A stretch of 64,000 nucleotides of DNA, from the NCBI RefSeq assembly GCF_009914755.1, contig NC_060926.1; one strand, 5' to 3'. The notes under the pieces were generated by a model that was given only the letters and a program-made list of their open reading frames with translations, was not told the origin of the DNA and searched no databases. The translations under genes were made by a program, and so were the position numbers. Of this stretch, positions 1 through 12,599 are shown one piece after another; the first letter of the stretch is position 1, and each line of letters begins with the position of its first letter. This stretch comes from the human T2T-CHM13v2.0 reference genome, Homo sapiens.

Positions 1-544
1 TCCAGGCCTCCAGAGGGGTAGATTTGCTCATTAGCAAAACAGCTCCTCAAAAGAACCCAAAAAAGTTTGATGGAGCTGTCATACAGCTTTCAAAACCTAT
101 GTGGCAGCCTAAGCTGTTGGTTCTTTGGAGAGGAGGGTTTACAGCTGAGGGAAACGAGTGCCAATAGCACCACGTTCTAACTTAGCCCCGGATCCAGCAA
201 AGTGGATGTGTGCCTTGGAGAGTGGATGACCACTTTTTCAGGGTGGATGACCACCAAGGGAGGAGCTGAGAGGAAAGGGGAGGTATTAGAATTATTTCCT
301 TACAAGAGAGCCCAAGTCAGCTTTTAGAATGTCTTTGTCTAGACAGAACACACTACTGGTCTGTAGACACAAACTTCTTCAAAAAATCTGCTCTTAGTAG
401 TGGCAGACAACTGCAATTCCCTCTTGGCTTTCTTCTTGGAAGCTAGGATACCACATTGAGGTTTCTAGCAACCAACTGTGTGCTTGGTATAATGTAGACC
501 CCAGGAGGACAGTTAATATTGACTGCTTTGTTCATTGATACATT

Positions 545-632
545 CCCTTGACCTAGACCATTGCTGGGCACATAGTAGGCTCTCAGTAAATATTTATTCA
601 GTGAATGAATGAATAAATGAATGAATGAATGC
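545..632 (+). mobile_element. LINE-2 3' end fragment
   Basis: catagtaggctctcagtaaatatttattcagtgaatgaatgaat matches the L2 terminus with its (TGAA)n tail. Confidence 0.75.
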
Positions 633-1084
633 TTAAATGAAGGTCCAGAACTAATACATACATAATCTCCCTTTAAGGAGCTCAGCCTACGTGTAAAGAC
701 AGACACAGAAAGACAAAAACACAGCAATGTGTGAAGTGCTTTGGGAATGCACCGAAAGGAGCTGTTGATTCTGAGTGGTGGAGGGATCTGTGCTGTGGAC
801 GCCAGGGTAGGGTGGATGGGAAGATGTGATGTAGAGGCCAGGGAAGGGAAGTAGATATAGCGGCACAGAAGTTCATGCAGAGTTCAGCACTAGTACAGAG
901 TCCCAAGGGGCTTTCCCTTGAAAGTATTTGCCCAATGGATTATTTTTTTCCATCCTTTAATACTCCGTTTTTTAACCTAAATAATCTAACAAGATTTTAT
1001 CCCATTTGGATTTTTTTCAGTTAGCATATCTTATTTTCATAAAAACACAAAAGATACTTGACATTTAAAGATATTTAGATTTAA

Positions 1085-1292
1085 GGAAAATGGGGAAAGA
1101 GAGAAAGAGGAAAAAGGAGGGAAAAAGAAAAAAGGAATAAAGAAAAAGAGGGACAAGAAAAAAAGGGAAGAAGGAAGAAAGAAAAAGAAAGGAAGAAAGA
1201 AAGAAAAAAGAAAAGAAAGAAAAGGAAAGGAAGGAAGGAAGAAGGAAGGAAGGAAGAAAGGAAGGAAGGAAGGAAGAAGGGAAGGAAGGAAG
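1085..1292 (+). repeat. Purine-rich (GAAA/GGAA)n low-complexity microsatellite
   Basis: Near-pure A/G tract grading from GAAA into GGAA units. Confidence 0.95.
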
Positions 1293-2699
1293 ACCGATCT
1301 TTCTTGACTGTCAGTTGTGCTCAGGTTGGAGAAGGAACTCTCTCCTCAACCTGACAGACCAGCTGTGCTCTGGTTCCTGATTTCTTTCCACCTTCAGCTC
1401 AGAATCCTCCTCACCCCCAGTGCAACAGCTACTTCAGATGACTCTCAGTTGTCAAGGAAACCATTCTCTTGAGAAGTGTGTTCTACACTCCCTGCCTGAA
1501 ATGTTTCTGCTCCTTGTCCTATTTTCCTCACTTCACCTGGCTGTTTCCTACTCAGGGGCCAGTTTATATTCCATGGCCTCCAGGAAGACATCTCAACTGC
1601 CCAACTCAGGTTTGTGCCCCTTCTTCATGCTCTCAAAGCATTTTGTGCTTCTGCTACCATATACCTGAATATGCTGCATGGAACCCTGTCTAATCTGCAA
1701 TGGGACAGGTTTTATGTGTCCTGTGCACCACTGTGAATCACATGCATTTTTCACTGGGCCTGTGTATCATAAGTGTTCCATCATTACTCATGGAATGAAT
1801 GGCTGAATTAGCATTTTCTCCTTTTCCATGTAGTACATGGCTTGATTTGGGTCTTTGGGCAGATGTGTCTGAATCTACAAAGTTCACTGCCAGGCTCTCA
1901 TCCAGGGACCCACTGTGTATGTGTTTAAGTTTAGATACAAGCATGGAAAACATGGATTGAGAGAGAAAATCTTTGCCTAATTTAATAAAGTAACTGGAAA
2001 CTCTGTGTGCACTTCAAGAAATGCATTTTTCTTCTTCTTTTGGCCTGTTGAATGTGTTTTTCCTAGGATACAAATGACATTCTTTTTGTCTCTCAGTGGA
2101 ACAAGAAACAGACTTGATACCACTATACATTAGAGGAAATTCATTGATGATTCAACAATTGAATCACATCTCAGTGACTTGCCTCCTTTCCTCACAAATA
2201 TGATTTTGAGAAGATGTTACACTCCGACAAAGAAAGAACTGAGGTTTTCTAGGTACCTGCCATATTTTATTTTGGGAATTCAAATATTGGAATGTGGTTT
2301 GGATAAGAGACATTTCATAACTACCTTACTGCCTGCAATTTTATGAACTATTTACTAGCCTGTGAAGCAGAAATCACAGCTTGGTGGCTGGTTCCAGCCA
2401 CTAAAGTGGGCCTAGTTGACACCTAAAGCTCCTGTGTGTGAGAAAGAGATCTGATCATTTTACTCTCAGCTGCTTGTTTCCAGGCAGCAGGTTCAGAAAA
2501 TGTTGAATCTACTGAGTTCAAAATCAGAAAAATATGCTTTCCCACTCAGCTCAGCCAACATTTAGATGTTGCATCTGGTAGGAATTAAAGATACCAGCAA
2601 CAGCATTGCCTTTGGAAGCCCAAGAATGCAGAGGCAGGGAATAGTGAGGTTTCTTTGGGATGTGTGAAGTGACTGAAGATTAAATCTTTTAAAAGTCAT

Positions 2700-3437
2700 T
2701 TGCCAGTTGCCCTCTTGGGCATTTATCTTGAAGAAATAAAACTTCATTTTCACAAAGAACATGTACATGAATTCTTATAGCAGCTTTATTCATAATAATC
2801 CCAAACTGGAAGCAATACAAGTGTCCTTCCCTGGGTGAATGCTTTAATAGGCTGGGGTGCACCTGTACCATGGCACACTGCTCAGTCATTGTGGGGGATA
2901 AGCCAGTGTTGCACGTGGGAGCTTGGATGGATCTCATGGAGTTATGCTGGGAACAAAAAGTCAGTCTCAAAGGGCACATGCTCTATGATTCCATTTGTGT
3001 GACACTCTTGAAATGACAAAATTGTGGAGATTGAGAACAGCTATACAGATTGAGAAGAGGTTAGTGGCTGCCAGGAATTAAGGATGAGAATGGGTGTTGC
3101 TATAGAGCACTAGGGAATTTTGTGGTGATGAAACAATTTTGTGTCTTGTATCTACATAGATGATAAAATTTCATAGAGCTACACGCGCATGCACACACAC
3201 GCACAAACACGTCAGACCACATGCTATACACTAGTACAAGTAATACTGGTAAACTTGAAATTAGCTCTGTGGATTGTGCCGACATCCATTTCCTGATTTT
3301 GACATCCTACTGTAGCTGTACAGGATATTGTAATTTTGGGAGGCTGAGAGAAGGACTTGGGACCTCTCTGTATTTTTTTGTTTTTGACAATTTCCTCTGA
3401 ATCTATGATTATTTCAGAAGAGAAAGTTATAAAAAAT
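2700..3437 (+). mobile_element. Old L1 (L1MC-like): ORF2 end and 3' UTR
   Basis: cagctttattcataataatcccaaactggaagcaa...; terminal gggacctctctgtatt...gaatctatgattatttcagaagagaaagtt followed by an A-rich end. Confidence 0.75.
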
Positions 3438-3535
3438 CACTTCCACAAGTTTAATAGTTAAAAGTTCAGTGTAAGTTAAGGAAGTAGAGAAATGAAGCCC
3501 AAGGCCTTACTATATATTGTTTTTTCTTTCCTTTC

Positions 3536-3537
<2 letters not shown>

Positions 3538-3575
<38 letters not shown>
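3538..3575 (+). repeat. (TTA)n microsatellite
   Basis: About 12 perfect TTA units. Confidence 0.95.
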
Positions 3576-4036
3576 TTGCTTTGGATTAATTTTAGAAGTC
3601 TGAGATGTATTTAGCCTAACTTGTCATATTGTGGGATTTGTATGCATACACAGTTGCATACACCAATGCACATACAGTTAATAGCTGTTCTACTTATGCC
3701 CAAATAGAACAAACACAAGATCATGTGGATTGTAAGGGCGTCAGTTGGGCTCGTAGGCTTCACAGCTCTGATGGGGAGGGTGCCGGTGTATCACAGCCAC
3801 TAGCTCCTCAGGTTGTACTTTCCTGTACCCCTGGTGCTCACCACACTGCTGGCATGTTTCATTTGGCATTTACGCCACATTGGCTTGTGTTGGTGTCTAT
3901 TCTGCAGGGCATGAGCCTTTTCCCTCACTGGGCTGTAAGACCCCAAGATCAAGGACTATGTCTAGCATATAATAGATACTATGTAAATGAGATAAACGGG
4001 CATCATGTCTTCTGGGCATCTTTACCTGTATTGGAT

Positions 4037-4500
4037 ACTGTTTCAATTAAGATATTTTCTCATACAAGTGACAGAAAAGTCAATTCAAATTGAATTGAGC
4101 AAAAAGGAAAATGTATTGCCTTGTGTAACTGAAACATCCAGGAGCATATTTGGTTTTGGATCATGTTTCTCTCTGTCTTTCAGCTCTCCTTTCTCCATCT
4201 TGCTCCTTTTGCAGCTGGGTTCTGACCTTGAAGTCACAAGAAGACCACAGCTTCCTTAACCTCACTCTTTCAACCAGAAGTCCAGTTGAACTGTCTTTTT
4301 CTTACAGTTCCTATGGAAGTCCAAGTATTCATTCCTTCTCTGGCTATTCTGGGTCACATTGCCATCCCCGAGCCAATCACTGGGAGGGATTGTACTGAGT
4401 AGTGTGGCCCTTGGGGCATAGGCTTTTTTTCTGGTTACCCAGTAGTGGAGTCCACAAAAAACTTGTGAACTAAAAGTTGGGAGGAAATAGTTCTACCAAA
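4037..4500 (-). mobile_element. Old MaLR LTR (MLT1J/K/L-like)
   Basis: caagtgacagaaaagtcaattcaaattgaattgagcaaaaaggaaaatgtattgccttgtgtaactgaaacatccagg and gagccaatcactg resemble the reverse strand of old MLT1; ends approximate. Confidence 0.55.
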
Positions 4501-5494
4501 GCAGGAGAGGTCTCCCAAGCTCAGCAGAGAAGCAAAAATTCTCCTTTACGAAAATTTAGAGATTCTTTTTCTCTTTTATGATTGACTTACATTGGGGGAA
4601 AAGGAATCATGAAACTTTAGAGTGGTCATTGGAGAGCTGGTTATCAGTGGTTTGTTTCATTCATTAACAGAACGCAAATGTAAATAAAATTTATTATCTG
4701 ACATGCCACAAAATGTTGAGCTAGCCTGTTTGTCCTATGACTGACTTGTTATAGTGCCAATAAAGAAATTTATAGTGTTATTTCATTTTGATGGTTCAGA
4801 CTGCATTGGTAGAATTTCTAATCTGTGCAGCAGTGTTGGGAGAATTAATTGGTTTGGGTTTCTATTCAACATAGACTTCATTACCTTCATTCTCCTCTGG
4901 AGGAATTCTTAATTCAGCCGTGTAATTTCCTTGCTGTAATACATTGATGGTTTGAAGCATGTAAAGTGTGTAATTATGAATGATAATCGTGCTTCTCTGC
5001 AAAGCCTCTGTATCTGCACCTCCTTTTTATTTATGGCCCTAGAACCTTTGGTGATGTTGTGGATGCTGTCAGGGCCTCTCGGGTATGACAGGTTGTTGCT
5101 CTGTGCTTTTTGGGATAGTCACATCTTGGATGTGGTTCTTTTTCCTGTAAGAATCATGGAAGAAGATTCCTAGCTGAAGTGGGACCTATTGCCCAGTATT
5201 ATGATTTGTGTATTACAGACAAGTTCCAATTTCCCAAAGGCATTCCTTCTGTTGGTCTCCTACTTTGGGGTTTCCGCCGGCTTAGATGCATACCTCAGTT
5301 CTGTTTCTGGAGAAATTTATTATGTCCTGAACTTTAAATCACCCACCTCCCCTGATTTGCATTCATATCTATAGTCTGTTCTTTCATGTTATTCCATAAG
5401 CTTGGCTCTCCTCTCCATGACTTATCTATTTAATTATTTGCTCATCATATCCCACTAACATGGCTACTTCTTATACTTCGATTGAACTTTTTCT

Positions 5495-5815
5495 TTCTTT
5501 CTTCCTCCCCTTGCCCTTTTTGTTTTTTTTTTCCATACAGAGTCCTGCTCTGTTGCCCAGGCTGGAGTGCAGTGGCACAATCTCAGCTCACTGCAAATTC
5601 CGCCTCCCTAGTTCAAGGGATTCTCCTGCCTCAGCTTCCTGAGTAGCTGGGATTACAGGCACCTGCCACTCTGCCCGGTTAATTTTTGTATTTTTAGTAG
5701 AAACAGCGTTTCACCATGTTGGCCACGCTGGTCTCGAACTCCCGACCTCAAGCAATCCACCTGCCTCAGCCTCCCCAAATGTTGGGATTACAGGCGTGAG
5801 CCACTGCTCCTGGCC
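5495..5815 (-). mobile_element. Alu (AluSz/Jb-like), full length with decayed tail
   Basis: Both monomers present; TSD gattgaact(t/c)tttct at 5480-5494 and 5817-5831. Confidence 0.95.
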
Positions 5816-5849
5816 TGATTGAACTCTTTCTGTAGAGCCTCACCACTTT

Positions 5850-6615
5850 GGATCATGCTGCCTGGATTTCAGCTCTAACTTTCTTTCTTGTTTGCCCCCA
5901 TTCATTAGTTTTTCTGTACACTCTGAGTAAAATTTTCTGTGCAAACTGAGTAAAATTTTGAAAACATAAACCTAATAATGTTTATAATGTGTCTTCTTCC
6001 CCTCGGCCCACTAAAAAACCACCAATGAACTTCCATTGCACTTGGAATAAAGACAGACACTTTAACAAAGCCTACGGCACCCTACAAGCCTGGATCCCAT
6101 GGACCACTTCAGTCTCAGCCCTGGCTAGATTCCTTTTGTCCCCCTTCCCCCCATCTCACCACCGCAGGGTATCATTTAATGTCTGGGACTTGCCTTGCAC
6201 AAACTGTTTGCCCTGCCTGGAACTCACTTCCTTCTTGTCTTTACCAGGATGCATCCTACTCCGTTTGCATATCCTGGTCCCAATACTGTTTCCTCAGGAA
6301 GACTTCCTTGATTTCTCTGGCTGGCCAGCTCTCCCCACACCCTCACTTCTCTAATTTCTCAGAGCACCATTGACCTCTCCTTCATAACAGCTGCAAAATG
6401 CATTTTATATTTTATAATGTGATCATTTGACTAATGTGTATGTCTCCAACTATACCATAGTATCCTCTGGGGCACAGGCCATTTCTACTTTACTTACCCC
6501 AGAATTCCCAGCATCTAGCCCAGTGTTGACACCTAATAGACTCCCGGTGTATATTTGTTGAAATATTTGTTAACAAACAAATAGATGACTAAAGTGAATG
6601 GATAAGTGAATGAAG
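5850..6615 (+). mobile_element. LINE-2 (L2a-like) 3' region
   Basis: ccaatgaacttccattgcacttggaataaa...; ccccagcatctagcccagtg...atatttgttgaa and a TGAA-like tail. Confidence 0.75.
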
Positions 6616-6719
6616 TGTTTGCTTCCACCAGAGCCAGCAATCCCTATGAGCAGTCTTTGGCTTGGGCAACTCTTCTTGCAGACACTTTCCTAAAGTTTGA
6701 CCTTGCATTTCCTGCCACA

Positions 6720-7385
6720 GGGCATTTTGTCAGTGATGTCCTCCTGTTACCTCAGACTGAACATGAACAAAATTGAATTCTCCAAAGCAGCAGCATCTTT
6801 TCTATTTCCACTGATGGTGCCACCAACTTTGTGTTCCTTAGGACAGGAACATTAGAATAGGGATTGCAAGTTCAGGTGTTGATAGGAGCAAAGGAGTCAC
6901 ATAAGCTGGGAGAGGACTGTGGCAAACTGGAGACACATTTGCTCCATCGAGGGACAGACACTCTTCAGCTCCAGTTGACAGATGGGGTGTGGGAATGTCA
7001 GCTCAGGGTTGTCAGATCTTCCAATTATAAAAGAGAAGCCAAAAATTTAAAAAGTGATTGCTATATGAAATATCATTTTTTTAAATGTCGGTAAAATTCA
7101 TTTAAAAAGTATTTTAAAATATTAGGTAGACCAAACAAACTTGCAAATTAGACCAAGAACCAGATGCAGGGCAGAAGCTGCCATGTTTTGACTCTTGCCT
7201 AAGAAATGTCTCTGATAATCTCCTTTCCTTAATGCATACAGTCCACAATCCACAAGCCCTATGGAGTCTTCTTTAAAGATGTCTCTTCAATCTGCCCTTT
7301 GCTCTTTCTCTGTCCCCAATACCTCCAAGTAACATAATTATATTTCTTGGTACCTGGCCTTCATGTCTACATTATTTCTTTCTCT
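6720..7385 (+). mobile_element. LINE-2 fragment interrupted by MER102
   Basis: ctcagactgaacatgaacaaaattgaattc... resumes after 7197 as tctgataatctcctttcc...ctcttcaatctgcccttt. Confidence 0.55.
6858..7197 (+). mobile_element. MER102-like hAT-Charlie DNA transposon
   Basis: cagggttgtcagatcttccaattataaaagagaagccaaaa...ttaaatgtcgg; degenerate 8-bp TSD cattagaa/cctaagaa. Confidence 0.65.
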
Positions 7386-7847
7386 TAGCTTCTCATATAG
7401 ATAGGTAAATGACAAATACATATGTATTAACATGTTGATTTCTTTCTACTGTTTCAAGGCAGCATAAATGCTGAGTGTTGAGTAAAAAAGACACAAAGAA
7501 CTCCCACACTCCAAGTTCAGAGTGACACAGTAAGCCACCAGCAATTGGTTCGGGTCATCTACTTATTTGTAGGGTTTACTAAAAGGGACCAATTTAAAAC
7601 TGACTCCATTATTGACTTCCTTCTTACACACATAACACTTTTCCAAATTCCAATATAAAAAAATGGAATGAGAATGGACAGGGCTTTCAGTCCTGTTAGG
7701 AAGAGTGAGGTTTGTGGTGGTGACTTCCCATGGGGAGAGGGAAGGAGTGATTCTCCTCCTCTAAGGCAAGGGAATAGTACTCCAAGAGATTTGGATGTCT
7801 GCAAGATGGGTAATAGCACACATCATTCTTCAATTGAGAATCTGTTT

Positions 7848-8200
7848 TGGGCTGGTCATTAACATTTGGAGACCCAGGCTGAGAGTTGAAGTGGAAGCCC
7901 CATCTGGAACTGACAAAATTCAGGCCCCTTCCGTAGTTCCCACATCCTTCTCTCCCAGCCCACCCCCAGCCCTCTTTGACCATCCTTGAGGTCTGGGTGT
8001 AGGCACACTGGATGCTGTCTTCTCTCAGGGGTATGGGCTCAAGATAGAGGTTGGCTGTGTCAGGGACTCCGGGTAGGCATATCCCACAGACTGTTACTCT
8101 GATGGGAAGGGGTAGGTTCAAAAGAGGGCAAGAGCAGGGTTCTTGAAAGCATGGGATCTAGGATATGGGCCCAGCTGCCGGGTCTATGGGAGGTACTAGT
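7848..8200. mobile_element. Possible ancient hAT-Tip100-type fossil (ORSL/MamRep1894-like)
   Basis: gggctggtcattaacatttggagacccaggctgagagttgaagtggaagccc resembles the recalled terminus; highly diverged. Confidence 0.3.
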
Positions 8201-10643
8201 TGCTTAAATAGAAGACTTGATTAGTTACTTAACTAGAAGACTTTATTTTCTTTTGGGTTTTCTGAGCAGAGAAAGAGATAAGTGAGGTGGCAAGGTAGAA
8301 TTTAGGGGGAAGTGCAATAGAACAAGCTCGTACTTCCCTGTTTGGCATGCCATAAGGGAATACATCAGTTCACTATAAGTTAAGTGGATGCTGAACTGAT
8401 AGCCGAACCTGTCTTTATTCTGGGACCCCATGCAAGAGGTCACTTGCTGGGCAAGGAAAGCCCACCACCCAGGGGACATTGGTAGATATCTTTTAGTGGG
8501 GCTAAGAGGTAATGATGGAAGACCGATCCAGGACTAGAACTATTTTGCAGAGTAGAGGCCCATGCAGGACTCCTTGGAAATCCCATACATGTAACAATGC
8601 CGATATCAACATGAAGGACCTTGGCAGAGGAGAGTATCAATTTACTAACAAGAGGATTGTTCCCTGCAGGCAGCAGAGGAAGGCCTGCCTTATACACCAC
8701 TTCTTCCTCATTGTCCCAACACTGAGGACTAGCAAGAGCCTAGAAGAAGGAAGGGAGAGAAGTGGGTCAAATAAATCCCTTCCTTCCAACTTGCAGCACT
8801 CCCTTTCCCAAGAAACTCACTGACCAGGCCCACCCACAAGCTGTTAGAGTACTGATTCTTTATTGCCCCAAATGAGACTTTCAAAATAAGCAAAACTGAG
8901 TGGAAAGTTACTGCATCTTACCAAAGTATCATTAAAGTACACAGTGGGAAACGCAGGATGGATCTAGCACAATTAGAGAGCAATTACTGGAAAAAAAATG
9001 AAATCATATCATGGACAAATCCCAAGTTGAAACTTTTCAATACTCCAGTTAGAGATACATAGATAGATAATTTTAACACCAAAAGACTGGTTTTCCTAAC
9101 ATGGTAATTTAACATACTATTTCCAAGTAAAAGAAGGAAGAACTCAAAGCTTTCCTTTGCAAAAAAATACAGATTAGGCATTTCATCTGAAATGTAAGGC
9201 TTTTCAAAACCTATTTTATTTTTAATAACCTTATTATACATGCCTTTTCTTGCAAACCGATTCAGATACTTTTGAAATGCCAATAAGGACACTGATTACA
9301 AATAAAAAAGTTTGAAATACTATAAATAATTTCTATTTTGTTGTTTTGGACTTGAATTTGCATATTGGTTTATCTGATGTTTTGAAAAAGAAAATTAATG
9401 TACATTATATATACACACAAATACATTTTTGAAAATAGGTTACAAAAACACAAAGTGAAGTGAAATAAAATAAGTAGTAGAAGAAAACAATTTTATACAA
9501 ATAGAGGCTATTTCATTTGTCTGGTGGATTGTTCAGGACTATAATACTGACTGGTCTAGAACGTGGTTGGCTGGAAGGTCCCTGGAGAGCCTAACATAAA
9601 GTTTAGAACAAAAGGTAACATCTTAAGGGCCTCTGATTGACCCAGCACTGTGCTAGTCACCCCTGAGAAGAAGGCAAAGTTGAATGTTTGATCAGTGGTT
9701 TTGAGGAATGTATAGTCTAGTTGGGAGTACAGGGAAGGGTGTGGGGAATGTGTAGAGTGTGCCAGCAGTGCTCTGGAAGCACAGGATAGGACAGAGCTGG
9801 GGATGTGCCCTGTGAGCCATTCTGTCCAAAGAGCTGAATTGGGCTGGATGCATGAAGAGGAGAAGGATGCAGAGGTAGGGGCTGGGCACTTGTGTCCTGT
9901 GCTGGAAGGTAGACTGAGGAGCGCAAGGAACCAAGGAGGAAAACGCTTACTGAAAACCTTGGGGGTGATGTTTATGCACCAAACTCAGATCGAAGAGCCC
10001 TTAAGGAGGGGCTTTCTGGGGAAGAAATGGAGGCAGAGTAGACAGATCAGTTTTCAGAAAGTTGATGGGTAAGTAGAAGGGGGCATCTAAGTGTTATTTC
10101 AACATAAACATGTTATTTTGTAGATTATGAATATTCTTATTTGTATCTGGTCAGTTATAAACTCTCATTTACACTTAAATACAGATGAATAAACCAACTA
10201 AAAATAACATAAAGCCACTTTTCTGATCAATAAAAATACTTTGTAATATAAATATTTCTAAAAATTCATATGGTTTTAAAGTCTGTGTATTCTTGCATAC
10301 ACAGCAGCTAAATTAGAGCCCCAGTTTTCCCCTGATGATTTAGTCCCTTCATTTTAGTGTCTCAACACCTGAATGATTTATTCTTTACCTATAGAAATGC
10401 TTATTATTTTAATAATAGCATTGGGAGGCAAAGTGGAAAGCAGCCATTTAAAAATGTGTTCTCAAGATTAGAAAGAAAATAATTATGGTGAAAAAGAAAA
10501 ATAAGATCTGTACTCTGTCATCAGAAGTTTAAAGTGTCAGCTTCTTTGTTTTAATACTTCACATAAAATAATACACACACAGGGAGAAACAATGAAATAA
10601 TAAAACAGAGCTAATAGTGACAGCCATAATTTCCCAGCCCATC

Positions 10644-11018
10644 TGATATGGTCTGGCTATGTCCCCACTCAGATGTCATCTTGAACTATATTTCCCATAA
10701 TCCCCACGAGTTGTGAGGGGGACCTGGTGGGAGGTAATTAAGTCATGGGGGCAGTTACCCCTATGTTGCTGTTCTGGTGATAGAACATGAGTTCTCACGA
10801 GATTTGATGGTGTTATAAGGGGCTTTTCCCCCTTTTGTTTGGCAATTCTTCATGCCATCATGTGAAGAAGGATGTGTTTGCTTCCCCTTCCCCCATGATT
10901 GTAAGTTTCCTGAGGCCTCCCCAGCCATGTGGAACTGGGAGTCATTTAAACCTCTTTCTTTAGTAAATTACCCAGTCTCATGCAGTCCTTTATAGCAGTG
11001 AGAAAATGGACTAATACA
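10644..11018 (+). mobile_element. THE1C/D solo LTR (ERVL-MaLR)
   Basis: tgatatgg...ctaataca termini; perfect 5-bp TSD ccatc at 10639-10643 and 11019-11023. Confidence 0.95.
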
Positions 11019-11759
11019 CCATCCTTCCCCACATCGCCCCACTAGCCAGAGGCAGGCTCTTTTAACCACTCCTATTTTAGTGCACTTAGTGGGTTATTTA
11101 CATTACACTAAATTTATTTGCCCTATAAGTTCTTGGTCTCTTGACTCCTCTGTATGAAAGATAAGGTTCACCACTCACTACCCCATCTTTCCTTCTCCCT
11201 CTCAACTTCCAATCATTCTTGTTATTTGCAGGCTTTCTATTGGTTATGTGTTAACTTTAAAATAAAATATTTAGCCTAGATATTTTGTTCTATTGGCATT
11301 TGGCACCTCACCACATAAAATTAAGATATCTTACCCTTCCTTTCAACTTTGCTCCCATTTCTGTCTCCAAATTCTGTCATTTCTACCAGGGAATATGTGA
11401 ATGATATTAAAAACATTTCACAACTAGCAGAGTAATCTTATTAATTGGAGGCTGGACCCTTAACTACAGTCCTTTATGCTGCTTAGTTGTTCTCTTGTTT
11501 TTACTCCATGCCCTTTGCCCTTTTATTTCTGTCCTGGAAGGTGTCATAGGTGTTATAAACATAGGACAGGCTTATGTAGAGCTCAAGGTGTGGAGGCATA
11601 CAAGCATAGACAGAGGAACTCAGGAATCCTTGAAACAACGTATGAGCTTAGTATTTTAAATCACTGTATTATTTAAAATATACTTAGTAAGTGTTGAGCT
11701 GATATTTAAACTTAGGCAGCCTGGTTACTGAGTCTATGTTCCTCAATTTTTATGAAAAA

Positions 11760-12101
11760 ATTAAGTATATGTGTATATATGTGTAAAATATATATTTATA
11801 AAGATATACATACACTTATAAGTATATACTTATATATTTGTATGTTAAGTATATGTACATGTATAATTATATAATACACAAATATATTGAAATATATTAA
11901 GTACATAAATCAAGTATAGTAATATATATGTAAATATATGTCATATATATTTTGCTATATATATTTTCCACATACATATGTGTATGTATGTGTGTGTGTA
12001 TATGTATATGTACACACACACATATACATATACACACATATATATACACACACACATATATATATACACACACACACATATATATATACACACATATATA
12101 T
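11760..12101. repeat. TA/TG/CA low-complexity tract
   Basis: Mixed alternating dinucleotide repeats abutting the Tigger2a left end. Confidence 0.9.
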
Positions 12102-12507
12102 TTGACCCTTGAACAACATAGGTTTGAACTGCATGGGTCCACTTACACACAGATTTACTTCTGTCTTTGCCAGCCCTCAGACGGCAAGGCCAACCCCTCT
12201 TCTTCCTCTTCCTTCTTAGGCTTCTCAACTTTGAAGGTGTTGAGGATGAAGGATACCTTTATGATAATCCACTTCCACTTAATAAACACTAAGTATATTT
12301 TCTCCTCCTTGTGATTTTCTCAATAATGTTTTTTCTCTTATTTTATTGTAAGAATATGGTATATAATACATATGACATACCACATATGTGTTAATTGACA
12401 GTTTATGTTATTGGTGAAGCTTCTGGTCAACTGTAGGCTATTAGTAGTTATGTTTTTGGAAAGTCAAAAGTTGTACATGAATTTTTGTACTGTAGGGTGT
12501 TGGTTCC
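12102..12507 (+). mobile_element. Tigger2a (MER28) DNA transposon, right TIR missing
   Basis: ttgacccttgaacaacataggtttgaactgcatgggtccactta...; colinear with the second copy at 30316-30746. Confidence 0.9.
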
Positions 12508-12599
12508 ATATATATATTTATAATTTTGCATTAAAAGAAACAAACTTCAGCTACCTCAGTAGCTACTTGTCTTCCCTGATTTATTTATTTCCCTTAGGC

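Noticed and set aside
201-254. Short direct repeats gtggatgaccac, superficially array-like
   Set aside because: Only two full copies of a 12-mer; ordinary slippage duplication, and not CRISPR-like in a primate genome
883-902. REST/NRSE-like ttcagcac...acagag
   Set aside because: Wrong spacing and a mismatched right half-site
2097-2252. Plus-strand exon candidate (good acceptor, 156 nt)
   Set aside because: Stops in all three frames and a weak donor (GTACCT)
3629-4093. 154-aa ORF
   Set aside because: Non-ATG start, runs through L2/MLT1-derived sequence, no recognisable protein
5912-5959. 23-bp tandem duplication (ctgagtaaaatttt)
   Set aside because: Common micro-duplication inside a decayed L2
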